From Planctomycetota bacterium (lineage in GTDB: Bacteria; Planctomycetota; UBA11346): a DNA stretch of 45,935 bases. This document shows, piece by piece, positions 9,021 to 19,466 of the stretch (the first letter of the stretch is position 1; every line of letters starts with the position of its first letter). The notes below the pieces were generated by a model. It did no database searches, was not told the origin of the DNA, and saw nothing but the letters and a program-made list of their open reading frames with translations. Where the stretch lies: contig JBBRLJ010000041.1 in assembly GCA_038231435.1 (NCBI GenBank), positions 1-45,935 on the forward strand. Direction: 5' to 3'. The position numbers were made by a program, and so were the translations under genes.

Positions 9021-9632
9021 TCAGCGGGCCGAGCACAGCGGCGCGAGCCGCTCCCAGATCGCCGCCTCGATGCCATCCGGCGACAGGCGGCCGTCGATGC
9101 GGATCAGCTCGCCGGCCTCGGCCATGCGCTGATAGCCTTCGTGCACGCGCGTGAGGTATTCGAGTCCGCGCGACTCGATGCGGTCCTTGGCGCGCACCGC
9201 CTCGCGGCGGCGCTGAGCCTCGGCAGGATCCAATTCGAGCCACACCACCGCGTCGGGCAGGATATCGCCGATCGCGAGGGCGATCGCCGACCGCACCAGC
9301 GCCGGATCGAGACCGAGCCCGTACGCCTGGTAGGCGAGCGTCGAATGGTAGAAGCGGTCGAGGACCACCATCTCGCCGCTCGCCAGCGCGGGGTTGAGGA
9401 TCTCATCGCACAGCTGGGCGCGCGCCTGCAGGTAGCCGAACAGCTCCGCCACTGGCGAGGCCTTGGTCGCCGGGTCGAGCAGCAGCCGGCGCACCGCCTC
9501 GCCCAGCGCCGTGCCGCCGGGTTCGCGCAGGCGCCGCATCGGCATGCGCGCGCGCTCGAGCCGGGCGCACAGCCGCTCGACCTGCGTGGTCTTGCCGCAG
9601 CCGTCGATGCCCTCGAAGACGATCAGCGGCAT
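9021..9632 (-). CDS. tmk: Thymidylate (dTMP) kinase
   Basis: FEGIDGCGKTTQ P-loop, REPGGT, LDRFYHSTLAYQ. Confidence 0.95.
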   Translation of the reverse strand: MPLIVFEGIDGCGKTTQVERLCARLERARMPMRRLREPGGTALGEAVRRLLLDPATKASPVAELFGYLQARAQLCDEILNPALASGEMVVLDRFYHSTLAYQAYGLGLDPALVRSAIALAIGDILPDAVVWLELDPAEAQRRREAVRAKDRIESRGLEYLTRVHEGYQRMAEAGELIRIDGRLSPDGIEAAIWERLAPLCSAR

Positions 9633-9635
9633 CGG

Positions 9636-10487
9636 TCAGTGGCCCGGATGGACGTCGTCGGCGCTGATGAATCCGCGCCAGATCATCAACGCGAGCAGGA
9701 GGCCCGCCGCGATGCGGTACCAGCCGAAGCCGGTGAAAGTGTGCTTGGCGACGAAGCGCAGGAGCCAGTGCACCACCCCGAGCGCGACGATGAACGAGAC
9801 CACGAAGCCGATGGCGATGAGCTCGAGGCCGTGGGTGGTGAGATCGGCGCGGTGCTTGAGCAGATCGTAGCCCGAGGCGGCGAGCATGATCGGGATGGCG
9901 AGGAAGAACGAGAATTCGGTGGCCGCGACGCGGCTGACGCCGATGAGCATGGCGCCGATGATGGTCGCGCCGGAACGCGAGGTGCCCGGCAGCAGGATGG
10001 CGAGGCACTGGAAGACGCCGATCGCGAGCGCGACGCGCGCCGGCAGCATCGCCGCATCCTCGTGCACGGGCTTCCAGGCGCGCCGTTCGACCGCGACCAG
10101 GATGGCGCCGCCCACCGCCAGGGTGGCAGCCACCACCTCGGGGCGCAGCATGTGCTCCTCGACGTAATGGTGCGCGAGCAGGCCGACCACCGCCGCGGGG
10201 ATGAATCCGAGCACCAGGTTCCAGGTCAGCCGGCGCGAGCGTGGGTCGCTGGGCAGGGTGGTCGCGACGTCGAGCAGCCGCCGGCGGTAGTACCAGCACA
10301 CCGACATTATCGCGCCCAGCTGGATGACGACCAGGAACAGGTCCTTGGTCGGCTTGCCGACATCGCCACCGAATCCGATCAGGCGGTCGGCGACGATCAG
10401 ATGGCCGGTCGAGGACACCGGGATGAACTCGGTGAGGCCTTCGACGATGCCGAGGATCACGGCCTTCGCGGCGAGGATGAGGTCCAT
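9636..10487 (-). CDS. uppP: Undecaprenyl-diphosphatase (BacA/UppP)
   Basis: GIVEGLTEFIPVSSTGH, PGTSRSGATI, EFSFFLAIP, FGWYRI. The start could alternatively be at 10508. Confidence 0.95.
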   Translation of the reverse strand: MDLILAAKAVILGIVEGLTEFIPVSSTGHLIVADRLIGFGGDVGKPTKDLFLVVIQLGAIMSVCWYYRRRLLDVATTLPSDPRSRRLTWNLVLGFIPAAVVGLLAHHYVEEHMLRPEVVAATLAVGGAILVAVERRAWKPVHEDAAMLPARVALAIGVFQCLAILLPGTSRSGATIIGAMLIGVSRVAATEFSFFLAIPIMLAASGYDLLKHRADLTTHGLELIAIGFVVSFIVALGVVHWLLRFVAKHTFTGFGWYRIAAGLLLALMIWRGFISADDVHPGH

Positions 10488-10649
10488 GGGGCTCCGGGTC
10501 GGCGCCATGCTTGCGGCCCGGAGGTGGGTCGCAAGGGGAGCGGGAGCGAAGTCTCGCCACCCCGAGGCACCTGTGCCCTAAAATGTCCACACGGCAAAGG
10601 AGCGTCGCGGGCTGGTTTCCCGGCCCGGGCCGCGCGGTACGCTGTCCGG

Positions 10650-11759
10650 GTGCGCATCGTCCACGTCATCGCGCGCCTCAACGACGGCGGTCCGGCCCGG
10701 GTGATCGCCGCCCTCGGGCGCGGCATGGCCCAGCGCGGCCACCGCGTCAGCGTACTGTCCGGAGACTGCGCCCCCGACGAGCCGGACCTCACCGCAGCGG
10801 TCCGCGCGGCGGGGGTCGAGGTCGAGCGGGTACCGGGTTTCCAGCGCCGCGTCGGGCTCGGCGGCGATGTCGGCGTGCTGCGCGCGCTGCTCGAACGCCT
10901 GCGCGCCGCGGCTCCGGACGTGGTCCACACCCATACCGCCAAGGCGGGCGTGCTCGGCCGTCTCGCCTGCCGCCGGCTCCGGCTACCCTGCCTGCACACC
11001 TACCATGGTCACGTGCTGCATGGCTACTTCTCATCAGCCGGAAATGTCGCGGTGCGCGTGATCGAGCGCGCGGTGGCTGGCAATGCCTGGCACCACGCCC
11101 TCACCCCGAGCCAGGCGCGCGATCTGCGCGATGTCGCCGGCATCGGCAGGCGGCGGCGCTGGGCGGTACTGCCGATCCCGGTCGCGCCGGTGGCGAAGCG
11201 CGAGGCGCGCTGGCACGCCCAGCTCGTTCCCGGAATCCCCGTGGTCGGCTTCCTCGGCCGCTTGGCGGCCGTGAAGGACGCCGGGCTCTTTCTCGAGACG
11301 CTCGCCGAACTGGGACGCGGGCACCGCGTGCAGGGAGTCATCTGCGGCGATGGCCACGAACGCGCGGCGCTCGAGGCGCGCGCGCGCACGCTCGATGTCC
11401 CGGTGCTGTTCACCGGCTTCGTGCCGGCCGCCGAGGCGCTCGGCGCGATGGATGTGCTGTTGATGTCCAGTCGCAACGAGGGCCTGCCGCTGGTGGTGGT
11501 GGAGGCGGCGAGCGCCGGCGTGCCGGTGGTGGCTCCGCCGGTCGGGGGCCTCGCGGATGTCATCCGCCAGGGCGGCGCGCTCGGCGCGCGGCGTACCCCG
11601 GTGGCCCTCGCCGCGGCGTGCGCGCGGCTGCTCGACGACACGCCGCTGCGCGCCGCGCTGATCGCCTCGGCGCGAACCTCGGCCGCGGCGGCCAGCCTGG
11701 AAGCGCTGGCGCCCGATTACGAGCGGCTATACCGGCTGGTCATGGATCGACGCGCATGA
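10650..11759 (+). CDS. Glycosyltransferase family 4 (GT-B)
   Basis: GTG start RIVHVIARLNDGGPAR, HTHTAKAG, HTYHGH, FLGRL..VKD, SRNEGLPLVVVEA. Confidence 0.9.
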   Translation: MRIVHVIARLNDGGPARVIAALGRGMAQRGHRVSVLSGDCAPDEPDLTAAVRAAGVEVERVPGFQRRVGLGGDVGVLRALLERLRAAAPDVVHTHTAKAGVLGRLACRRLRLPCLHTYHGHVLHGYFSSAGNVAVRVIERAVAGNAWHHALTPSQARDLRDVAGIGRRRRWAVLPIPVAPVAKREARWHAQLVPGIPVVGFLGRLAAVKDAGLFLETLAELGRGHRVQGVICGDGHERAALEARARTLDVPVLFTGFVPAAEALGAMDVLLMSSRNEGLPLVVVEAASAGVPVVAPPVGGLADVIRQGGALGARRTPVALAAACARLLDDTPLRAALIASARTSAAAASLEALAPDYERLYRLVMDRRA

Positions 11760-13576
11760 CCACCCGCGCCGCCTCCCCGTGCATGTTCCGCGCGTTAGCG
11801 CGCTCGCGCTTGGCTGGATGGCGCCTCCGGCTCGCGCTCCTGGGCCTTCCCTGGCTGATCGCCTGGATGATCGCCGGAAGCGCCGTGGCCGTCGACGTCG
11901 TGCCGCCCGCTCCCGGGGCCTGCGGCGACGTGTTGACCTGGGAGATCCGTGGCGCGCCCGCCGCCTGGTCGGACGCAGACGTGACCAAGACGCCATGCCT
12001 GGTGGTGATCGGCCCAGACCACAAGACGTGGCGCAGGCCCGCGTTCGCCTATCGCGCCTACCGTGGGCATCCGCCGAGCGCGGACACGCCCGCGGTCGAG
12101 CCGCCGGTCGAATTCGATCCCGTCGGCGAGGCCATCCTGCAGGCACGGCACACCGCGCGCATCGCGGGTACCCATGCGTGGACGCTGCTCGCGCCCGACG
12201 GTTCGACCGTGGCGCACGGCGAGATCCTGATCGCGGCCGGCGCCGGCAAGCAGGGACCGCTGCGCATCTGCCGCGACAACAAGCGGCTGCTGTCGTTCGC
12301 GGATGGCACCGTCTTCATCCCGATCGGCCCGAACATCGCCTGGGCCAACGGCCCCGACCGTCTCGCGCGCTTCGACGCCTACTTCAAGGCGCTGAAGGCC
12401 GCCGGCGGCAACCACTGCCGGGTGTGGATGTCGAGCTGGTGCGGCCAGATCGAAGGCCCGCAGCAGGATGCGTGGCGGCTCGACCACGCCTGGCTCTTCG
12501 ACGAGATCTTGCGGCTCGCGCGCGCGTCGGGCCTGCGCGTCACGGTGGTGCTCGACAACTACTACGATCTCGTCAACGGGCACATGTGTCCGTACGGCCA
12601 GAGCGCCGAGGAGCGGGTGAAGACGTTCATCTCAGCGGATCCTCCGGCCGCATACCAGCGGCGCTTGCGCTACGTGTTGGCGCGCTGGGGCGCCGACGAC
12701 TCGATCCTGGCCTGGGAGCTGTTCAACGAACTCGACATGGCGCAGCCGGTGCGCGAGAAGTGCATCCCCTGGGCGAAGGCGGCCTCGGCGATGCTGCGGC
12801 GCATCGACACCGACGGCAGGCTGCGCACCTTGAGCTGGTGCGGCGACGATTTCGATCGCGTGATGGGACTGCCGGACATCGATCTCACCCAGGTGCACGG
12901 CTATGTGCTCGAATGGGCCGATCCGGGCGGCACCAAGAAACCGGCGACGCGCGACGGAGTGCGCATGTTCCTCGAGTTCGCCGAGAACGCGGCCTCGCTC
13001 GGCAAGCCGTTCTGCATCAGCGAGGTCGGGTACCAGGAGGGACAGGATCACGACAATCCCGGCAACGAGCGTGATAAGGAGGGCCTGTTGCTGCGCCAGC
13101 AGGCGTGGGCGGGGTTGATGCTCGGCGGCTACGGCTCGGGCATGAACTGGTGGTGGGACACCTACATCGATGCCGGTACGCTGTGGCCGCAGTACCGTGG
13201 CCTGGCGGCGACGGTGGCGCGCGTCGACTGGCAGGACCGCGACCTGGCGCCGCTGACCCCGAACAGCGTCGGCGACAAGGCGCTGGTGATGGGCTGGCTG
13301 TCGCCGTCGCAGGCCCTGATCTGGCCGCAACCGCGCGCCGACACCTGGCACGCCCACATCGTCGACGGCAAGGCGCGCGCCACGCTGCCAGCACCGATCC
13401 GTATCGGGCTCGCGGGCTTCAAGCCCAGCACGCCGTTCACGCTGCATTACCTCGACATGGTTGGCGGCGGCGAGCGCCAGCGCGGCGAGACGGTGTCCGG
13501 CGCCGATGGCACGCTCACCATCCTGGTGCCGCCACTGGTGCTCGATCAGGTGGTGTGGGCGGAAATCAAGAAGTGA
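11756..13576 (+). CDS. Secreted clan GH-A (GH5-like, DUF5060-associated) glycoside hydrolase
   Basis: Hydrophobic N-terminus, WELFNE acid/base motif, HGY, ISEVG nucleophile, WWWD. ATGA overlap with the GT4 stop. Start is uncertain. Confidence 0.7.
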   Translation: MTTRAASPCMFRALARSRLAGWRLRLALLGLPWLIAWMIAGSAVAVDVVPPAPGACGDVLTWEIRGAPAAWSDADVTKTPCLVVIGPDHKTWRRPAFAYRAYRGHPPSADTPAVEPPVEFDPVGEAILQARHTARIAGTHAWTLLAPDGSTVAHGEILIAAGAGKQGPLRICRDNKRLLSFADGTVFIPIGPNIAWANGPDRLARFDAYFKALKAAGGNHCRVWMSSWCGQIEGPQQDAWRLDHAWLFDEILRLARASGLRVTVVLDNYYDLVNGHMCPYGQSAEERVKTFISADPPAAYQRRLRYVLARWGADDSILAWELFNELDMAQPVREKCIPWAKAASAMLRRIDTDGRLRTLSWCGDDFDRVMGLPDIDLTQVHGYVLEWADPGGTKKPATRDGVRMFLEFAENAASLGKPFCISEVGYQEGQDHDNPGNERDKEGLLLRQQAWAGLMLGGYGSGMNWWWDTYIDAGTLWPQYRGLAATVARVDWQDRDLAPLTPNSVGDKALVMGWLSPSQALIWPQPRADTWHAHIVDGKARATLPAPIRIGLAGFKPSTPFTLHYLDMVGGGERQRGETVSGADGTLTILVPPLVLDQVVWAEIKK

Positions 13577-13650
13577 GCGCACCTGGCGGTGGCGCTGTGC
13601 CGTCCAAGTGATCGGGCTCGATGCCGATCACGGGACAGGCATGCGGACGG

Positions 13651-14244
13651 TCAGGGCGCGAGCACCGGCTGGATGCCGCCCATCGCCGTGATCGCGGCCA
13701 GGAATTCGCCGCGATGCGCGGCATAGTGCTCCTGGTCGCACGAGCAGGTGATGTAGACCAGGGTGCGGTTCGAGGCGGTGACGAACAGCTCCTGCTCCCA
13801 GGCGATCTGGCCCACCTCGAAGGTGTAGTGGATGCGCTGCCAGGCGCGGCCACCGATCATCAATGAGCCGAAATTGCAGTCGTCGAGCGGATGGAAGCGC
13901 GTGAGCAGCCGGTCGAGATCCTTGTAGCCGTCGTAGACCAGGCCGGCCTGCGTCTCGCCCGCGGAGATGGCGCGGGTGGCGACCGCGATCGAAGGACGCG
14001 CGCGGTCGCTCGCGCCAGGATCCACTCCAGGTTCGGACGCCACCGGCGCGCGCAGGACCATCGAGGCCCCGTCGACGGCCCGCGACACCGTCCATTCCGA
14101 GGGCAACGGTATGCTCAGATCGGTGCCGGCGATCGGAAGAGTGCGGTCGACGACGGCGTTCGACGCCGCGCTCGCGGCCGGCGGCAGCGCCGCCACCACC
14201 AGCAGCAAGGTGATCAGCGCCGCGAGATGGGACCGCACCGGCAT
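13651..14244 (-). CDS. Secreted hypothetical protein (possible PsbP/DcrB-like fold)
   Basis: Signal peptide, SIPLPSEW motif, and C-terminal LVYITCS...Y..H..EF pattern reminiscent of Mog1/PsbP-like proteins. Confidence 0.55.
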   Translation of the reverse strand: MPVRSHLAALITLLLVVAALPPAASAASNAVVDRTLPIAGTDLSIPLPSEWTVSRAVDGASMVLRAPVASEPGVDPGASDRARPSIAVATRAISAGETQAGLVYDGYKDLDRLLTRFHPLDDCNFGSLMIGGRAWQRIHYTFEVGQIAWEQELFVTASNRTLVYITCSCDQEHYAAHRGEFLAAITAMGGIQPVLAP

Positions 14245-14341
14245 GGCGGAGACGGTACCCGGATGGCCTGGAATGGTAGCTGCAGTGAACCCGAATTTGA
14301 CCTGTGCGTTAAGCCAAGTGGTCCTCCAAGAGGTGTCGTCC

Positions 14342-15454
14342 ATGAGTCAGGTCGTCTCTCCCTGCGTCGCGCTGCTGCTGTTGGCGATCACCTTGGGCGG
14401 TGCCGCTCTCTGGGGCGAGGAGGGGGACGTACCTCCAGCGCCAGCCGTCGAGATGCGGAAACCCACCTTCTTCACCCAGCATCAAGAGGCCGACGGGCAT
14501 TGGTCGGTGTCAGGATTCGCGGCGCATTGCACATCCACGCCCGGGTGCGGGGCAGGGGCGGTATCCGACGCCGCGGATGTCGCGGTCACTGGTGAGATCC
14601 TGCTCGCGTACGAACACTCAGGTTATGACCACGTGGCCCCGAGTCGGCATCGGTCGATGCTGAAAAAAGCCGTCGTGTGGCTGGTCGCCCGACAGAAAGC
14701 CGACGGATCCTTCGCCGATACCCTCGAGGCGGACTGCTGGGCTTCGGCTGGCCTCGGCGAGGCGTACTCGCTGAGCGGCGATGCGGAGCTGAAGGCGCCG
14801 GTCACCCGGGCGTTGGCATCGCTGCTGGAAAGGCGCGTACGCGATCCGGAGGGGCATCCATGTGGTTGGGGCGATCAGGACAGTGGGTGGATCGATAGCC
14901 GGCTCACCTCGTGGGCCATATTGGCTCTGCGCGCTGGCCTTGCCGGAGGTGTGGTCGATGCCGTCGAGCTGCGCCGTTCGCTCACCTGGATCAATGCGGC
15001 GAATAGCCAGGTGAAGGCTCCGGGAAATTTCCCGATCCGTTACAACATTCGCAGCCATCAGGGCGACGTCGGCGGTGGAGCGCCATTCGCCGCACTCGCG
15101 TTGGCCGCGAGCGGTATGGCGAAGGACCCGATTCACGATGCGCTGCTCGACGCGGCCACATCGCCCGATCCGAACCTTGTGACGGATCTCAGCGGCCTGT
15201 TCGCCACGACCGAAGCGCTGTTCTTCGCCAAGGCGCACGACCCCATGCGGTGGGGCGACGCGCATGTTCATTGGAAGGCGCTGAAGGACCGGCTCGAACG
15301 AGAGCAGATCCACAACGACTCGTGCGCCGACGGGACCTGGGACCCGGCGACCTGGCCCGAGACGCGCGGACGACTGGAATCAACCACTTTGGCGCTGCTT
15401 GTACTCGATACATGTACTGATCAGCGCTCGCCGGTGATCTCCGTGTCGCCGTGA
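14342..15454 (+). CDS. Secreted prenyltransferase/squalene-oxidase (QW)-repeat alpha/alpha-barrel protein
   Basis: GAGG upstream of the ATG, signal peptide, repeats QEADGHW, QKADGSF and ADGTW, C-terminal GRLESTTLALLVL. Confidence 0.65.
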   Translation: MSQVVSPCVALLLLAITLGGAALWGEEGDVPPAPAVEMRKPTFFTQHQEADGHWSVSGFAAHCTSTPGCGAGAVSDAADVAVTGEILLAYEHSGYDHVAPSRHRSMLKKAVVWLVARQKADGSFADTLEADCWASAGLGEAYSLSGDAELKAPVTRALASLLERRVRDPEGHPCGWGDQDSGWIDSRLTSWAILALRAGLAGGVVDAVELRRSLTWINAANSQVKAPGNFPIRYNIRSHQGDVGGGAPFAALALAASGMAKDPIHDALLDAATSPDPNLVTDLSGLFATTEALFFAKAHDPMRWGDAHVHWKALKDRLEREQIHNDSCADGTWDPATWPETRGRLESTTLALLVLDTCTDQRSPVISVSP

Positions 15455-15490
15455 AGACATCTGGAGACGAGTAGGAGACCAATGACAAAC

Positions 15491-15522
15491 AGATGGCCCG
15501 CCGCATATGCGGCGGGCCATCT
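15491..15522. terminator. Perfect 32-bp palindrome between convergent genes, probable bidirectional terminator
   Basis: AGATGGCCCGCCGCATATGCGGCGGGCCATCT is its own reverse complement. It lies between the stops at 15454 and 15570. Confidence 0.7.
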
Positions 15523-15569
15523 TCAACACGTCGATCAGCGAGCCCTGGTACGGGGACTCGGCGCGCCTA

Positions 15570-16775
<1,206 letters not shown>

Positions 16776-16825
16776 TGCGGTTGGTCCTTCCGCCCGGATG
16801 GGCGCGCGAGGTAACTGACGGGAAA

Positions 16826-16886
16826 CACCCATCGCTCTATGACGATGGAACGATGGGTGAGTATAACGGCCACCCGCGCATGTAAA
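16826..16886 (-). promoter_or_regulatory. Putative metK promoter (-10 TATACT, -35-like TTTACA) with adjacent inverted repeat/operator
   Basis: Minus-strand TATACT at 16860-16865 and TTTACA at 16881-16886 (15-nt spacer, short). Inverted repeat at 16826-16859. Confidence 0.45.
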
Positions 16887-17021
16887 GCAGCTGCGGTCGT
16901 TCTCGTCGGCCATGGCGGCGAAGCCTCGCCCTCGTTGCAGATGCAGGAGAGGGAGAACTACGGTAGCGAACGGTGCATGAGGACGCAGCCGGAGGCTGCC
17001 AGATGCAGCGCCGATTCGGCG

Positions 17022-17345
17022 TCAGACGTGCATGGTCCCGCGGACCACGCCCAGGGCCATCAGCTCGAGCAGGCAGCCGGAGACCACGAACAGCGTAGCC
17101 AGGATCGGGTTCTGCACCCGGATGGCGGCGAACACGCCGATGATCGCCATGGCGGCGCAGCTGACCTGCGCGAGCGTGCCCTTGATCTCGAGCCCGATGT
17201 AGGGGCCGAACGCGAAGGCGACATCGATCGCGAGCAGCACTCCGCACAGGATCTTGGTGCCCTGGTCCTTGGCCTTGGCCAAGGCGATGGCGGCGGCGAC
17301 GCCCTGGATGAGGCAGAGCGTGGAATCGATGGGGAGTGAGTTCAT
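17022..17345 (-). CDS. Small integral membrane hypothetical protein
   Basis: 107 aa with about four hydrophobic segments, co-oriented directly after waaA. Confidence 0.6.
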   Translation of the reverse strand: MNSLPIDSTLCLIQGVAAAIALAKAKDQGTKILCGVLLAIDVAFAFGPYIGLEIKGTLAQVSCAAMAIIGVFAAIRVQNPILATLFVVSGCLLELMALGVVRGTMHV

Positions 17346-17376
17346 GCCCGCATCGTGAGGGTCTGATCGAGGTTGG

Positions 17377-18861
17377 CTAGGCAGATCCGTTGAAGATGGC
17401 GCGCAGGCCGCCGATCGCCTCCGCCACCCGGGCGGTGGCGCCGAGGCCGGTGCGCCAGGCGCGGACCCCGGCCGCGCCCACGCGCCGGCGGCGTGGCTCG
17501 TCCACCGCCAGGGCCGCCAGGGTGGCGTCGAGGGTTGCGCGCTCGAGTTCGACCACGCCGCACTCGCGGCGCAGCAGGGTCATGGAATCCGGCTGGCTGC
17601 GCGTGTCCCAGCCGACCACGGTGCAACATCCGGCGGCGGCGGCCTCGAGCATGTTCTGACCGCCCCGTCCCGAGCCGAGGCTGCCGCCGACCACGGCGAT
17701 GCCGGGCGCGCGCGGGTCGGCCGCGAGCGCGTACAGCGCGGCGAGCCGGCCGATCTCGTCGACCACGATCGCGCCTCCGCGCGCGGGCCTGCTTCCCGAC
17801 GATGTGTCTCCAGCCGACGCTCCAGTCGCCCCTCCAACCGCTCCTCCAGAAAGAGCAACGAGCGAGGTACGCACCGCGGGAACGCCCAGGCTCTCGCACA
17901 TGCGCGCGATCTCCTCGCCCCGCTCGGGATGGCGCGGGCAGATCACCAGGCGCCAGCGCGGTCGCCCCCAGGTCTTCCAGCTCTCGACCAGCTGGCGTTC
18001 CTCGCCAGCCGAGGTCGAGGCGGCGAGGAACAGCGGGACATCACCGTCACCTGGGCCGTCACCGAGCCCGAGCCCTAGCCGCGAGCGCTCGGCGGCGACC
18101 TGCGCGGGGGTGGCGGTGACGACGATATCCGCCTTCATCGAGCCGCACACGCGCAGGCGCTCGGGACGTACGCCCAGGCGCGACAGCCGCGCCGCATAGA
18201 CGCTGTTCTGGGCCAGGACCAGCGTCAAGGCGCGGAACAGCGGGCGCATCGCCGAGCCCGCGGCCATGAAGCGTTTCCAGCTGCGCTCGCTGATCTTGGC
18301 GTTCACCAGCACGACCGGGATGCCGCGCGCCAGGCAGGCGCAGAGCAGGATAGGCCACAGCTCGAACTCGAGCAGCACCACCAGCCGGGGTTTCGCGCGG
18401 CCGAGGAAGCGGTTGACCGCCCAGGGGACGTCGAGCGGCAGGAAGGCGCGCTCGTGGCCGGGAAAATGCTTGTCCAGACCCTGCTTGCCGGTCTCGGTGG
18501 TGGTGGTGAGCAGGCAGCGCGCGGGCATGCCGCCGCTCGCGAGCGCTTGTTCGAGCCGCGGCACCAGCGGGCGCATGAGCGTCACCTCGCCGAGGCTGAC
18601 GCCGTGGACCATGATCTGGCCCGGGCTGATCGCCTTGCTGTCTCCGAACACCTGATCACCGAACAGCTTCTCGTCGAGCCCCACCAGCGCGCGGCGGCGT
18701 AGCCATAGACGGTGCGCGAGCACGCCCGCCACCACCGGCGCCGCGGCCAGGTACAGCAGCGAGAACGCCGCGCCACGCGAGCGCCAGCGACGGCGTTGGG
18801 CTCCGCGTTCCTCTCTCCGGGCGCTGGTAGAGCCCTTGGCGATCCGCGTGCCTGGGGTCAT
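17377..18861 (-). CDS. waaA: 3-deoxy-D-manno-octulosonic acid (Kdo) transferase
   Basis: HGVSLGEV, TTTTETG, LPLD, EFELWP, NAKISERS, AASTSAGEE, PRHPER, GGSL..GGQNMLEAAA. Start is approximate. Confidence 0.92.
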   Translation of the reverse strand: MTPGTRIAKGSTSARREERGAQRRRWRSRGAAFSLLYLAAAPVVAGVLAHRLWLRRRALVGLDEKLFGDQVFGDSKAISPGQIMVHGVSLGEVTLMRPLVPRLEQALASGGMPARCLLTTTTETGKQGLDKHFPGHERAFLPLDVPWAVNRFLGRAKPRLVVLLEFELWPILLCACLARGIPVVLVNAKISERSWKRFMAAGSAMRPLFRALTLVLAQNSVYAARLSRLGVRPERLRVCGSMKADIVVTATPAQVAAERSRLGLGLGDGPGDGDVPLFLAASTSAGEERQLVESWKTWGRPRWRLVICPRHPERGEEIARMCESLGVPAVRTSLVALSGGAVGGATGASAGDTSSGSRPARGGAIVVDEIGRLAALYALAADPRAPGIAVVGGSLGSGRGGQNMLEAAAAGCCTVVGWDTRSQPDSMTLLRRECGVVELERATLDATLAALAVDEPRRRRVGAAGVRAWRTGLGATARVAEAIGGLRAIFNGSA

Positions 18862-18874
18862 TGGTCCCGGCGGC

Positions 18875-19396
18875 TCACTCGGCGAGCGCGGCGGCGAGCG
18901 TCTCGGGCGCGGCCATCGCGCCGACGCCGCTTTCACCGCAGGCGAGATCGCCCGCGATCGGCATGGCGAAGCGCGCGCCGCGGCTCTTCAGGGTGGCGAC
19001 GTGCGCCTGTACCGCCGGCTTGTTCCACATCACCGTGTTCATGGCCGGAGCCAGCAGCACCGGTTTCTCCGGTTCGAGCGCGATGAACAGCGTGGTCAGC
19101 AGATCGTCGGCGAGGCCCAGCGCGAACTTGGCCAGGCAGTCCGCGGTCACCGGTGCCACCAGCAGCGCTCCGGCCCAGCGCGCGAGCTCAATGTGCGGCA
19201 TCGAGCCGTCGTGCGGCCACATGGTGGAGGCCACCGGCTGGGCCGACATCGCCGCGAGCGCGTCGGGGGCGACCAGACGCGCGGCGTTCTCGGTGAGCAC
19301 GCAGCGCACCGCGTGGCCGGACTTGCGCAACGCGCGCACCACCTCGGGCGCCTTGTAGGCCGCAATGCCGCCGCTGATGCCGTAGAGCACGTTCAT
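18875..19396 (-). CDS. coaC: Phosphopantothenoylcysteine decarboxylase (stand-alone CoaC flavoprotein)
   Basis: GISGGIAAYKA, HIELARW, APVTAD, GLADDLLTT, APAMNTVMW, GDLACGESGVGAM. No CoaB domain follows. Confidence 0.88.
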   Translation of the reverse strand: MNVLYGISGGIAAYKAPEVVRALRKSGHAVRCVLTENAARLVAPDALAAMSAQPVASTMWPHDGSMPHIELARWAGALLVAPVTADCLAKFALGLADDLLTTLFIALEPEKPVLLAPAMNTVMWNKPAVQAHVATLKSRGARFAMPIAGDLACGESGVGAMAAPETLAAALAE

Positions 19397-19466
19397 GCCG
19401 GCATTGTCATCCGCCCCCGCCGCGTTTCCAGCGCGGGCAGAAGGACGACCGCCCCGTCATCAGGCC

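Noticed and set aside
16776..16920. Canonical SAM-I riboswitch upstream of metK
   Set aside because: The ATCxAGAG...GCAACC...GTGC core could not be found. Only the dyad reported under findings is present.
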